This document shows, piece by piece, positions 52,239 to 64,000 of a DNA stretch of 64,000 nucleotides. Source of the DNA: Ramazzottius varieornatus. Lineage: Eukaryota; Animalia; Tardigrada. A program made the translations under genes and the position numbers. The notes below the pieces were generated by a model that did not search any database, was not told the origin of the DNA, and saw nothing but the letters and a program-made list of their open reading frames with translations. Location of the stretch: contig BDGG01000002.1 of NCBI GenBank assembly GCA_001949185.1, positions 6,810,448-6,874,447 of the forward strand, read 5' to 3'. Every line of letters starts with the position of its first letter. The stretch's first letter is position 1.

Positions 52239-53247
52239 TTATTGGTCAGATAACAGGGGAATTTCGTGGTTGTCAACGGTAAGTGTAGCGGCGATGCCGT
52301 GTCTATGGAAGTCTGTCGTGTCGATTTTGATGGAAGCACCGAAGTCTTGTCCTAGGCCGAAACTCAGCTGCGAACCGGTATCCGTAAAATCGCTCTGCAA
52401 AAAGTTAAGTGCAGCTTTAAGTAAGCTCTGCTATGTATTTGATATGTCTGTGACCATGGAACTTACCGAGGTCTCGACCACTTTACCATTCACACGAACT
52501 TCTAATGTCTGGGTGTCCAGAGTAATCTGGTACATGGTGTTGCCGGTGGAAGGGAAGTTCCAGTTCTTGAAGTTCTTTGCGGTCGTTTCCTCGTACCGTT
52601 CATAGGTTTGGCCTCCGATGGTCAGTTTGTAAGCGTATCTCATGTTAGGTGCTGCTTCGATGCTGATTTGACAGGGAACTGATCCGATGGTGAACTCTTC
52701 GGTTCCAACCAACTTGAACATAAAGTTTTTCCTTTTGAATTCCTGCAAAAACCTTTTGCAGGTTAGGGTCGCACAATAGAACGCAGCCGAAGTTCTTCAA
52801 GTGTTCGCAAAATCAATTTTAATGTTCCTTGCGATAACTGCAACCGGAACGTCCGCAAATAAACTTAGCAAGATTGTATCACCAACTGCCGCACGGTTTC
52901 TGCCAATAAAACTGAGCACGTGCGCCAGTTTGGAACACAAGTTTGTGAGGTGTGTTTGCTCGGCACCAGTTGCTCGCTGTACGGTGATCTAAATCCACAT
53001 GAAGCGTGGTTACCTTTCCATCTATCTTCAGAAGTCGCCGTCCGGAAGTGGTTCCATGCACCTGCAGAAAAATGTCTGGTCTCCCAGGTCGATGGAGAGT
53101 CGATTCTGGGATTGCCCAGGCGAACAATGTACGTACAAATTCCACTTTGTGGGTTCCATCCGATAGCTTGACGTCCCAATGCGCCACAAGATCAACATTG
53201 CCTGGGACTTTGGCAGGTTTGTCTTTGTTGTCAGACTTGTTCGCCAT
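52239..53247 (-). CDS. FAIM: Fas apoptotic inhibitory molecule, 4 exons
   Basis: DLVAHWDVKLSDGTHKVEF|VHGTTSGRRLLKIDGK|EFKRKNFMFKLVGTEEFTIG...YKLTIGG...ITLDTQTLEVRVNG|..SDFTDTG...LTVDNHEI. Confidence 0.92.
52850..52965. repeat. Fold-back palindromic repeat family, copy 7 (FAIM intron)
   Basis: GCAAATAAACTTAGCAAGATTGT..AACTGCCGCACG...CGTGCGCCAGTT (52884-52930)..ACAAGTTTG..TGTTTGCTCGG. Confidence 0.7.
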
Positions 53248-53952
53248 GGTTGTTCCGGTCCTAATGATACTATTCAGCAGGTGCAGCGGTTGAAGAAAGC
53301 CAGTCTAGCAAGCTCGATGCAAGGAAGCCAGAGAGATATTCGGAATCGAACATCCGGACACCTGGCAAGCTGTGCTTCAGATCGATCAACCGCTGGAGGT
53401 TTACCATGCTGGTTACCTGTGTTCGACTACCGGCAGTGCACCGATCCCTTGGACCATCTAGCCCACAGTACATCGATTTCTACGAGGCACTCCTGAATGG
53501 CACAGGTACGTACAGTACACGGTACAGAGGGACACTTAACTGTTTGATACGGTCAGAGCAAGGAAGATACACGCATCTGCCGAGACACAGAAGTATCGAG
53601 TTCTTCCTTGCTCGACTGAACGAAGTAAAGTTGAGAAGTAATCAAAGACCTCGTAACGCAAATCGATATCCATCTAAGATCATTATGTCACGTTGTCCGC
53701 TAATTGTTTTCCTCTTGAGGTACGGACTTGTATCGTGAGCAGCGACCTGCGGCAAGCCATTCGGCGAACCAACCTTTCGAACGCCGTTATAAACAATAGA
53801 TGACAAAACGTTTGTTTGACACCCAGCTGCTTGTTGTGAAGATGCAACTTTGGATAAGGTAAGTTTTCCTTATGGATCGAGTTTCCTCAAACGAACTGTG
53901 CAAATACGCCGCTAGTTGACGACGACGAGCAAAGCCTCGTAGAAGAGTCCAT

Positions 53953-53960
53953 ATAAAAGC
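53953..53960 (+). promoter_or_regulatory. Candidate TATA box of the Gly-rich precursor gene
   Basis: TATAAAAG about 160 bp upstream of the ATG at 54114. Confidence 0.4.
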
Positions 53961-54113
53961 TCCTGCCAAATTAAGCAGCACACAACCAGTAATTAGCTTT
54001 CCAAAATTTCCCAAAATTTAAACGCTCAGTCAAACTCTGCTTCGAATTCCAACCTGCGTTTTTTTATTTGGATACGCGAACCTTTTTCACTTTAAATTTA
54101 GCAGAGATCTACC

Positions 54114-54927
54114 ATGTCGGGTGCGGCTGCGCCTCCGCCTCCGCCTCCATCTGGCGGTGGATTGAGTGAGTAAAATGCTGTATGATGTCGTGTTTCTCGG
54201 AGACCTGGTTTTCACCGTAGTTAACTTCTGTATTCTGTTTTCAGGTGCCGTGCTTCCGTGTAAGTAAATATGGATCGCTCGCGATCCCGAAGTTAAAATT
54301 GTTGAAATCTAATATCTAATATTGAATGGACGCTGCTTTGTGATTGCAGTACTGATGCTTCTGCTGAGTGAAGCTTCCGGCCCCACTGGGGGCGGTGGTG
54401 GTGGAGGAGGATTTGGTGGATTCGTTGGTGGAGGAGGTAGCTCCAGCAACGAGCGAGGACGTAGAAACGTCATGTTTGGGCCAGGTGGCGGCGGAGGGGG
54501 AGGAGGAGGTTTCGGAGGCCTCGGTGGCGGTGGAGGAGGCGGGGGCCTCGGAGGTCTCGGTGGGCTTCTTGGCCGCAAGAAGCGGCAGGCTGGCCAACTG
54601 GAATCGGTCTACCGCCAGCAAGCCGCAAACCTCTTTGCTGGCCAAGTGGCTCCCCGAATGGCGCCACCTGCCACTGCCGGAAATGGCACGATTCCCCGGT
54701 ATGCGGAAGTGGGAGTAGTCAACTCCACTCTTTCCGCAGTAGGCTCGGGAACGATCGGTAAAGCAGACCCGCGTGCGGCTGAAAGTCCGTCCGAAGGGAG
54801 TGAAAGCTACTCTAGCGGGGCAAAACTTTCAAGAATCCTGACGGGACTTCAGGAACTTGGCCATCAGCTCGGAGACGCCAGCTGGAAGGAGATCATTGCC
54901 GAACTGAAGCTCCAAGGATTGCTGTAA
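54114..54927 (+). CDS. Glycine-rich secreted prepropeptide with basic cleavage sites, 3 coding exons
   Basis: Exons 54114-54165, 54245-54259 (15 bp), 54350-54927 give MSGAAAPPPPPPSGGGLSAVLPLLMLLLSEASG, then a Gly block, RGRR, a second Gly block, GRKKR and a Gln-initiated C-terminal segment. Confidence 0.75.
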
Positions 54928-55142
54928 CCAAGAGTGATCGGCGATCACTGTGTCCCTCAAGCTTCAAGTACTCCGGCACCGGAGTCGTATGCCGTTAAGA
55001 CATAGCTTTCCTGCTTTTCTAGTGCCTTTACGTGACGATAACTTAAATCAGCGATTGCCGTTTTAAGATTGCCTGCTGCGAACGTTTATTCACGCTGCAA
55101 GCATTTTATCTTGTAAAAACGATACTAATTTCTACTGGTTTG

Positions 55143-55869
55143 TTACAAAGAGTAGTTCGCAAAGAGGATGCTCACGATCACAGCAAAATGAATGACAGGG
55201 CCTAACGTCAAATCCACTTTGGCTGAAGAATTACAGTAGTTACTATAGCATACACATGTTTGGATATCGCCGTTAATTCCACAGCCCTCTGTTTGTGGTG
55301 CTCCAACGCCAGCACATGTTCGGAGGACGTTTCCTACAGAAACAATACACACTTACACAGCATTTCCGGTATGACACTACGACGTACTCCATCGCGAACA
55401 GCCGCACTTCAGTGATCAAGAAGCACATCGAAGATTCAGAACAAAGAGCGCGCGCTTCTACTATCGTTTGTACTTACTTCCGGGTCCGACAACCTTCAGA
55501 CATCGATCTGAAAGAGCCACCAAATTCACTCTGTTAATGCACAAGACAAGATAATTATAATGATATCATCAGAAAGAGGCATGCTTGGGAGAATCCGTAC
55601 CTTGTCCGGGTAAATTGCAGTCCTGATAGAAGTTCGTTATCCGACTAGAGTCTTCGCAGCCTTGTTGTCCCACGGAATTGCATGTGTAACAACTGATCTT
55701 GGCTTCTACAAAACCAGAGACGGCAAATACGTTGAAATAGCTCTTCAGCCTCCATTAAAGACAAAAGCGCTCAGGGACCCATTTGTGTACCTGTCGAGAT
55801 GATGAAAGTACAGATGAGCGCGCAGAAGGCGGTTAGCTTTGCAGTCCAGCTTGACTTACTTTGAGACAT
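55143..55869 (-). CDS. Ly6/uPAR three-finger protein (quiver/sleepless-like), probably GPI-anchored, 4 exons
   Basis: Signal peptide; ISCYTCNS...GC...DC...|DRCLKV..|VLRTC...GC...TCVCYSNYCNSS (10 Cys, terminal CN motif); hydrophobic tail VIHFAVIVSILF. Confidence 0.88.
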
Positions 55870-58800
55870 TATGATAAAGATCAGTTTGCCGCAGAAAATT
55901 ATATCGGCGCGGAGACAAAATGGTCAAAAGGTAAAACAATAATGGCGGCAGGTTCGGAATTCTACGCCGCAGACTATTCCAGATCCTAACAGTACACACG
56001 AAAACTCATAACGTCGACGGATATCTCTGTTCCAATGGTTTCTTAGGTCTCCAGCATTGGTGTACCGTATATTGCTTGTCGATAAGCGGCGTATGCTGAA
56101 GAGAACTCACTACCGTACATAACGTGAACCATGATGGATAAAATGCAAAGTTGTACGTCGTAAGTGCCTTCTAAATGTTCACTGTTTGATATGATTCAAT
56201 ATTTGTATTTGCTGAAGATGCAATAAGTCGCCGTTTTTGGGCAACAGCAAACTTCTTGCGAACCATTTGAGAGTTGTGTCGTCAGCGTACGGATCAGCTC
56301 TCCGTCATCAACACGGTGGCCCTCGGATTTGCGCAGTGTACTCTGCATATTCAACAGGTTTTGGCGTTGCGTGAGCTCACCGGGCGGAGTCTTGCATCAC
56401 ATTAGTGGTCAAACACGAAAGACTAAGCGGTTTATGTAACAATGGTGCCAGTTTTTATCACTTAGGGGACAGCGCGGGAAAGTATCTTGATATCAGACAT
56501 GCAGAGAACCCGGAGACTCGGTGTGCATTACTAAGCGTAATGCAAATAATACACAGAATTCGGATCAGCCCGCCGAAAGCACAATTCCTTTTTTTCAGAC
56601 AGCCTGCATGGGAAATTGGTTACGCCAGCAGTTCTCACCTTACCCTCTTAGTAGTAACAAAGATCAAAAAAGAGAAGAAAGCTTCAAAGACTTTAGGAGA
56701 ACGTACGCCAGCGCAGAACGCCGTGCTCTGAAGAAGAGCCGATTAAGCTAGATCGGTCTGGGCGTATCTGTTACGCAATCCGGCAAAGCAACAGTACATC
56801 CTATCCCAGGAAGTACCCACTACCCACCAATAGGTCAGGAGGTCAGCCAGCTATTTCTAAATTATGGGATAAGGCGACAGGAAGATCCAGATGCTGAAAA
56901 GTGGTTACGTAACGAGCGCATAACGCTACCACTATTTGCTGGTACCTGTAATTGTTTCCTCGGAGGGTAAGGAGTAAAGGTTCGACAAAACCGCACACTT
57001 CCGTGTAATATTCCATTGTACGAGAGGAAGGTGGCACCGTCAATCATAAGTGTAGGCCACTCTAGGGGAAATAATGCTACACCGCGATCAGGGCCACGAG
57101 TTTGTCCCACCGAAGTTCTAGATACACAGCTTCTCCAGCCACGCCAGCTGTTACGGTGAGTGAGTCCAGTACTCTGCGTAAACCTTTACGAGCTCCTCAA
57201 TGCTGCAATGCGACCACTATCTCTCACTAGACTAGACTCCACGCCCTCTTCCAACTTGAGTTTCTTCTTCGACCACGGCATCGTCCATGTCTTGACCGCA
57301 TCGTACCGGTACTCCTTTTCGTTATGGATCTACCGTGGAAGTGGTTCCGGGAAGACAGCAAAATTGTTGACCGTTACTGCGATCCTTGTGGGGAGACCAG
57401 TCGGAGGACCCTCGGAAAAGGCACCAAAAGATGTGGTGTTCCCTCATAGGCCGGCGTGATGGCGTTACTAGCCCGTTGCACAAGCCAACGTATCGGATCT
57501 GAGGATGATGCCGAAGCACCATGCCCATCGGTCCTCCGAACGCCTTGTCTTGGTCGCTTGCGGCAAACGTCTGATCGAAGGATCCATTGTGGATGTTGAT
57601 GTCCTCCAAGCCAATGATCGCCCGTAAGGTTCTTCCGGAGATGGGAGGGACCTTCGTGTGTACATTTTGCACAGGAACGACAGCTGGGCTGCGCAATCGC
57701 AGTCCAGCGCTGGTGCATCGCAGATTGCTCTCCACTTCTTCAACTCCGCACATTGTAGCTAACTGTGATTTGGCAGTGGAAAGTCGATGAGGGTCTAATC
57801 GATCACAGAGAAATCGAAGTACCAGAGCTGGAAGTAAGCTGCGCTGCACATGAGGCGAAAATTTTCAGCTGGGCAGTGGCCAGTCGCTACAAGCCCGGTG
57901 GTTTCTGGGTGACCCGATGGTGCTGCCAGACCCCTGGGAGTAGAATTGCCCTGAGAACCACGACCTTGTGACAGAGGTATCGCAAACTCCGCATTTAAGC
58001 CTTTCTGATCTTTGAAATTTCCTCACAATAAATTTCAGTAGTACAATGGTTTTTGAGTTTTGACGCGTACGAATCTTCGTCGTTCTTCCCGGAGGCTGAG
58101 TCTGGATGTGTCGTAAAGGATCGTCGCCAGTGGCGAAGCGAGACATCTTGTTGAATCGTCAACTCGTCACGTTTGGAGGAGGTTCAAGAGAAGGACATCT
58201 TATTCTTTGCCCGTCGATCTCGAAGGATGGGCACATCGAGATTGCTGTGACACAGTGGAATTCAAGGTAAGATCCCCTTCTCGTAATGTGACCTCAGGAC
58301 ACAGGCGAGTGAATAGGTTCTACGGAGCCACGTCTAGGAAGCAGAAAGGCTGTTTCGGGAATGGGGACTCGTCACGTGGCGATACTTGTGTTTGCTTCTG
58401 AGATGGTTGTCATCATGAATACGTGTGCGCTGGGTCTTTTTTTTACTTTACAGGAAGTAGCTTCTCGGTGGTCTAATTGTAACATTTTGCAGTGCTTCAT
58501 GGACGACGGCGGCTCTTTGCAAGTGGGAGTAAATGGTCGCAAGTAAAGAGTCCTGAAGCAGCGGATAAGTTAAGGGATTAGACTCAAGTGACAGCAGATA
58601 GATCTTGATCGATCGACGAGTGGGGCACATTTGCGTGCCTGCCTACATTCAGAAAGCCAGCAGGACTGCCGGGACAGGATAGAATAGATGAATGGATGGC
58701 AGTCGACCCGGGAAATATAGCTAGACTTGTGCCTCTCCCGTTTCTCCCTTCATAATATACCGGCTTATCACAACTTTGACCAAAGAGTTCAATGAATATG

Positions 58801-59756
58801 GGATTCGATAGTTGATTTCCATTGATCCGAATGTTACATCAATATCCGCGTCTGCTGTTTTCACTCGACCGACGTGTTGAAAGCACTAGAAGGCAGTCAG
58901 GGTTTCTTCGGGGAAAGTTGTCTCGTGTAATGGCTTTTCCGTATTACGAGTAGTTTGAAGTTGCCGCGAGCGAACTCTATTGGATTATGGCCCAGCAAAG
59001 ATCTTGTCGCATTTCTGTGCAGATTAAATTTGTTAGATTTGGGGAAATCTGTGAAAGGGTGTCGGGTATATATTGATGGCCACGTTTGGGTAAAGCGACA
59101 TGTTTGATTTGTAAGAGGATCGCAATGGTTAATTTTCACTCGATTCTTCGAGATTGGCCTAGACTGCAAAATATGTTCTAGAAATAGATGTGGACTCTTC
59201 ACGCTTTCCCCTCCAAGGCACGTGTCGGTCCGAATGTTATCTTGACGGTCGCAAATTTTGCCCTCTGTTAGACCAGATTTTGTCGTATTTATCAGTCGGA
59301 ACATCTGCTGCGCCATTTCATATGGTCCATACTTCTCCCACAGTTGTTTGTCAAAGTCACGCTTCCTGTCGAACAGCTCAATTACTTACTCTTCTCTGGA
59401 AAATATTTTTTACAACAACTCGATTTCTTGTTGCAGGTTCTATTGCTGAGGTTTTGTGAAATACCGGAATCTTCGAAGCAGGTAAGAAATTTGTCCAACC
59501 GGAAGCCTCGTTTGTTGTTTATCTGTTCGACCTGTTTATTTTTGGGATTTTCTTCCTAGTTGTGCAAATCGTTTTCTTTAGTTGCAGAACAGTCGCCGAG
59601 TCTTGTCGTGGTGATTACTGGGGAACACAGTAAGTAAATATTGGCTAGTTTCGTGTATGGTGGATTTTGGTTCGTAGCATTAGGATTTGCTCGTAGAACT
59701 CTGACGAGCTGGACGATGACTTTTTAACGCTGCATACATTTTCCGCTGGAGCAAGC

Positions 59757-62267
59757 ATGGCTTCGCGCACTGGTGGAAGCACTTCCGCTACAGCCTCTCG
59801 TATTCAGTTCTCCCCGCAATCAACAACGTTGCCTGCGTCTTCGTCTGGTTCCACCGTCGAGGCCTCACGGGAGTCATCATCGGCTAGTGCATCGACGTCG
59901 CTGCCACGGCAGGATGCCAAACCGCTCAAAGGCATCCTTATGCACCAAGTACGTCATTTGGCCCCTTTCAAACGTCCTCTGATCGTTCCCTTAATAGCCC
60001 AGAATTTATGCTCCACCCTGCCATTCATTTTCCGATGGTTTTCCAGGGCTTGAGAAGTCAAGACGCAACGCCCAGCTCGTCACCCCGCACGGTCCCTGAC
60101 TCTGTGCACTTTCAAACCCCAGTGAGCGAACCTGCCAACAGTGTCAGGAAACCTGACACACAGAGAGGCAAAACATCCAACGCTGTCGCTGACTTTCTGA
60201 GGAAGTTTTCCCCCAAACTTAACCGCTCGAAAAAGACGCTGCATTGGTACACTGTAGATATTCAACCTACCACAGAATCCTCTGTGAACTCGCACAAGGG
60301 TAACACAGCCTCAGACCTGGACAGCGACACCACCATCAAGAATCTGCAGAATGGCCGAATTAGCTCAGAGTTCAGTTCGGAGATGTCCGAGTGTCTGGCC
60401 AGGAGGCTGGATGAGAAGCCTCGAGCTGTACCGCCGGCTCTGCCCACTGTCCCTCCTCCCAGTTCAGCACGAGGTGTCAATAGCAGGACTGCGCAGGACA
60501 GAGTGGATTTCCTGATGAAAGGGACGTCGCCGAGAAGCGTGACAATGATGGCTCCCTCGATTTATGGCAGTCCCGTGTCAAAGTCCATGCCGACGACGCC
60601 CGTCGCGCATATGCAGCAGCGTGATCAACCGAGTAGTGGCAGTGAATGGCGGATGTTAATGGTGGACATTAATGTCGACAAGAAAGACACATCAAGCCAG
60701 AGTTACGGTAGTGCTAGTGCAGTTGCTAATGGGCTGGACACCCGACGAACGTACTTTCAGGTACTTACACGCTTCAAAGAAGAAAGAAAATTTGAGCAGT
60801 GGTAATCATCGTAGTAAAAGATTAGCTATGCGTGCACATGAATACGCCAATATCATGGTTTGTGTGCGACTCGGTGTACGCAGGTGCCTGAAAGTCACTA
60901 TAATTAGCTCATCTTTCCGTCTGGAACTGAATTCAAATCGGAGTCTGTTTCCCTTCCACCTTTCTGTGAACGATGTATTCAGTCAGGATTATGCATTCTT
61001 CCTGATTTAGGACTCGAATCCACACTTGGATCGTCGTGATGACGGTCATGTTCCTTCTTATATTCGCCTTAGCCGAGCACTGAATGGTTACAGTGCTCGC
61101 AACATGTATTCTTCGAAGAAGCTAGTCAACAGCCGAGACTACAACGTTCTCCTGTGCCGTAGTGAAGAGTTCCTCAATCGGCCCGTATCCCGTTCGACCA
61201 CCCCTGCGATCCGAACGGACCTGATTCGCAGCGGAGAGAAGCCATCCGGCCTCCAGTCTGCCCGCGAGTTTTGCAACGCCAAGAGCCCACGTCGTGCTGC
61301 CTCGGAAGGACGCGACCTTACAAGCGCTTTCGCGGAAGCAGAGACGGTTCCGTTACCCGCTCCAACAGTCAAGACCGAGGAAGAGAAGCCGGGCTATGAG
61401 TTCTTGAGGAGGCTCGAACATGAAACTACCGCACTACGGGACCTGGTAAAAGTAGCTCAAGCTGAACTGGACACCAGCGCCGATCTGACCGAAAACGGTG
61501 AGACATGGGTTCTTCATACCTACACCCGTCCTGATTTATGGTGAAACCGTGTTGTGATCACGACAAGGTTATTTTCGCTTACAGAAAAGGAACATCTTCT
61601 TAGCGCAGTGGGAAAAACTAACTTGCTGCTCAGCCAGAAATGCCGCCAGTTCGAAGACCTATGCAGGAAAAATATCGTAAGTGAAGAATTTCCGAAGAGT
61701 TTGATATCGTTTAGCATTGTGGCGCGTTTCATCATTGGGAACGGTGGGTTGGTCTCACTTAGTGTAACGTTGTTGTTATTGTTGTAGGATGAGGAGCCAG
61801 ACGAAAAGATCAAGACGACCTTTTCTGACCTGGAAGGTTTCTGGGATCTGATCAACATTCAAATCACCAACTGCCGTCGCATGTTTGACGATCGAGCACG
61901 ATTGCAGTCTTCCAACGAGCCTTCCAACGAGCCTTCCAACGCCAGTGGTCTTCGAGAAAGTACCACCGTTTCCGGTGCGGAACCTGATGCCAGTGGACAT
62001 GGGGTACTGAAGCAAGGAGGATCGCGAAGGTCTAGCCAAGACATCAGCTCCCCAGCAGGTCGACGTTCTTCCAAACCCAAGGTAACTTTCCAGTTGACTG
62101 AACGAGATGTACAGCGGAAGGAAATGATAGCTGCAAAGAGAAGAGAGTTCGAGCAGCAGCAGCAACAGGGCAAGACGTCGGTCGACGTTATTGATACGCC
62201 CAGTGTGGCAGGTCCTGGACATGAGGATGTCCAGATCTACGTGGCGCCGAACGGTTCCTCGGAATAA
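59757..62267 (+). CDS. GKAP/DLGAP (SAPAP) family protein, about 5 exons
   Basis: GKAP-homology domain GYEFLRRLEHET...LLSAVGKTNLLLSQKCRQFEDLC...TTFSDLEGFWDLINIQI...MFD; C-terminal VQIYV; Ser/Pro-rich N-terminus. Confidence 0.85.
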
Positions 62268-64000
62268 GCAAAAACACAAAAGAGATTAAGGTCAAAATTG
62301 AGATTAGTCTGTTTATCGGTGATAGTCGTCATTTTCGGCGTCGGCTTTTTTTGGATTAATATGCGTAGAACTCTTTGCTGCGACCATGGTTCAGTCTCTT
62401 TTTTACGTGAATCTCTTTCTGGAAGCTGGGTGGATCTCATGACATTTTTTTGCCGTTTTACTGTTGAGTTCTCCTGTCATCGGTAACCGCCCTTTCTGTT
62501 TCGAACAAAAATCTCTTCCGTTAAGTTTTATTACTGGTGTTTAATAAAATCAATCAAAATCAAAGGTGGGCTAGTTATCTTTAAAGAAGATATGTATGAG
62601 AAGTGGTTGAGGAGAAAATGGTACAAGGTTTTCGGGTGGAAGTATGGCAAGTTGGGCTTTCCTTCGCCGATTTTCCATGTGGGATCTCCTGGCCGAAACT
62701 TCGGACACGCTACGTTTATGGCGATATTAATGACTTCCATATCTTCCCTGTTCTTCGAACCTGCTGATACGGTGAGACATCATTTTCCTCTTCTTTTACA
62801 TTGCCCAACATGCTTGTAACCAAAACTTCTTCGCAGGTCGACGAGAAAATGCGGAAGGTGGCGAAAGATGCGTCAAATGTGGAATCATAAACACTGCTGA
62901 TAAGGTTCCTGGCCGTAGTAAATCGAACAAATTGGGTTCGTACACTGCCAAGCCAGAAAGTTATCGGTATGATAGCACGGTACTTTCGGACCTAACTTTC
63001 GTAAGCCTTTCGAGCCAGCTCACTGTTAGTTGCAGGGTGGATGAGACTGGCGGCAGACGGTGGCTTGTCCTCCAGCTGGTTTGCTAGTGTTTACTTCCGT
63101 ATGACGGATTGGTTCGGGCAAAAGTGAAGGTCGTGGTGGACTAAATGTGATCGTGCTGTTTGCTCCAAGGATCCTAGAGTGTCCGCCGGCACCACCAGAC
63201 CTACGGTATGTACACTGACTTTCATAGCGACCTATTTCCTTAGGCAAATTGTTTGAATTACCCTATGGTACGTTATTGAACTTTAGAATAAATTTGCTAG
63301 TTTGAGTGGTCACTTGCCACCATCAGTTGCTCATTAGAGGTCTTTGTGGTCCATCGAGTGGAAACTTTCATGTTTGATAAGTCATTCGAGCACAGGCTGG
63401 TACAAGCTGATACCTCGGCAAAGAATGTCTGGTCATTTCCGCGCCGGGTCCTGACTTTGATTTCGCTACGCATTCCCAATAGCGAAATCCTTTATCCGGG
63501 GAGTGATCATGCAAGCGGCCTTTGTCTATGATTATTGTTGAATAAGAATATTGTCTGCCATGGTTTATCATCGAAAGTCTGTGCCACGCCAATTGTTGAG
63601 ATAAGGTAATCGGCGAAAAGGAGTTCGCGAACTTGAAGACTTTACTCAGCGCTGGTTAGGGCAGCGCAACTCTTTGCAGATTTTAAGTGGTTCTTCTTGG
63701 AAGAACCATCATGCGGGTGGCATCTTTTTACTCTGTACATTCCATATTTCCAGCACCTGGTCAACCCTAGATTTGCTGGTTTTAAAAACTGCAGTGAGTG
63801 TGGAATGCAAATTTTTTACACCCGAAATTCGGATTTACCTCGCCCTGTTTTAGACCGCCCATTTTTGTATGTAACTGTGTCTTTTAGCTGCACGGAAAAA
63901 TACCGCTTGGACCTTGCGACCAACGAAAAGTCGCACAAGGAAGTAGGGGATAAGACCTTGCTCGGGCATGGCGGCTGACGGCAAGAACAAAAGTAAGTTA

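Noticed and set aside
4450-52965. Palindromic repeats as CRISPR or REP elements
   Set aside because: Eukaryotic intron context, dispersed copies, no repeat-spacer array and no cas genes
62500-64000. Short ORFs at the window end
   Set aside because: No motifs or consistent splice model

Overview
This is eukaryotic, gene-dense, intron-rich animal DNA with many introns of about 60-100 bp. An E75 receptor makes it an ecdysozoan; the compactness fits a tardigrade-like genome, but that is inference only. Splicing exons by hand gives 14 protein-coding genes: E75 nuclear receptor (-), a secreted FN3/Tyr-rich protein (-), a catalytically dead serine-protease homolog (+), a micro-exon gene largely missed by the ORF track (-), Raf kinase (-), a JmjC-only KDM2-like protein (+), CDC123 (-), a divergent HP1-like protein (+), Lasp (+) with a nested antisense alpha-1,3-fucosyltransferase (-), FAIM (-), a glycine-rich prepropeptide (+), a Ly6/three-finger protein (-) and a GKAP/DLGAP protein (+). 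The most novel-looking item is the 11-exon micro-exon gene at 27649-29455. It encodes a secreted protein with 22 uninterrupted G-x-(T/S)-(Y/F/I)-type tetrapeptides, built from 13-36 bp exons whose introns all split Gly codons. Also notable are a dispersed ~130-bp fold-back palindrome family at 7 non-coding loci, two small elements with terminal inverted repeats (TIRs), and a Gly-rich precursor predicted to release an amidated peptide. No database searches were run; exon boundaries were read by eye and may be off by a few bases.
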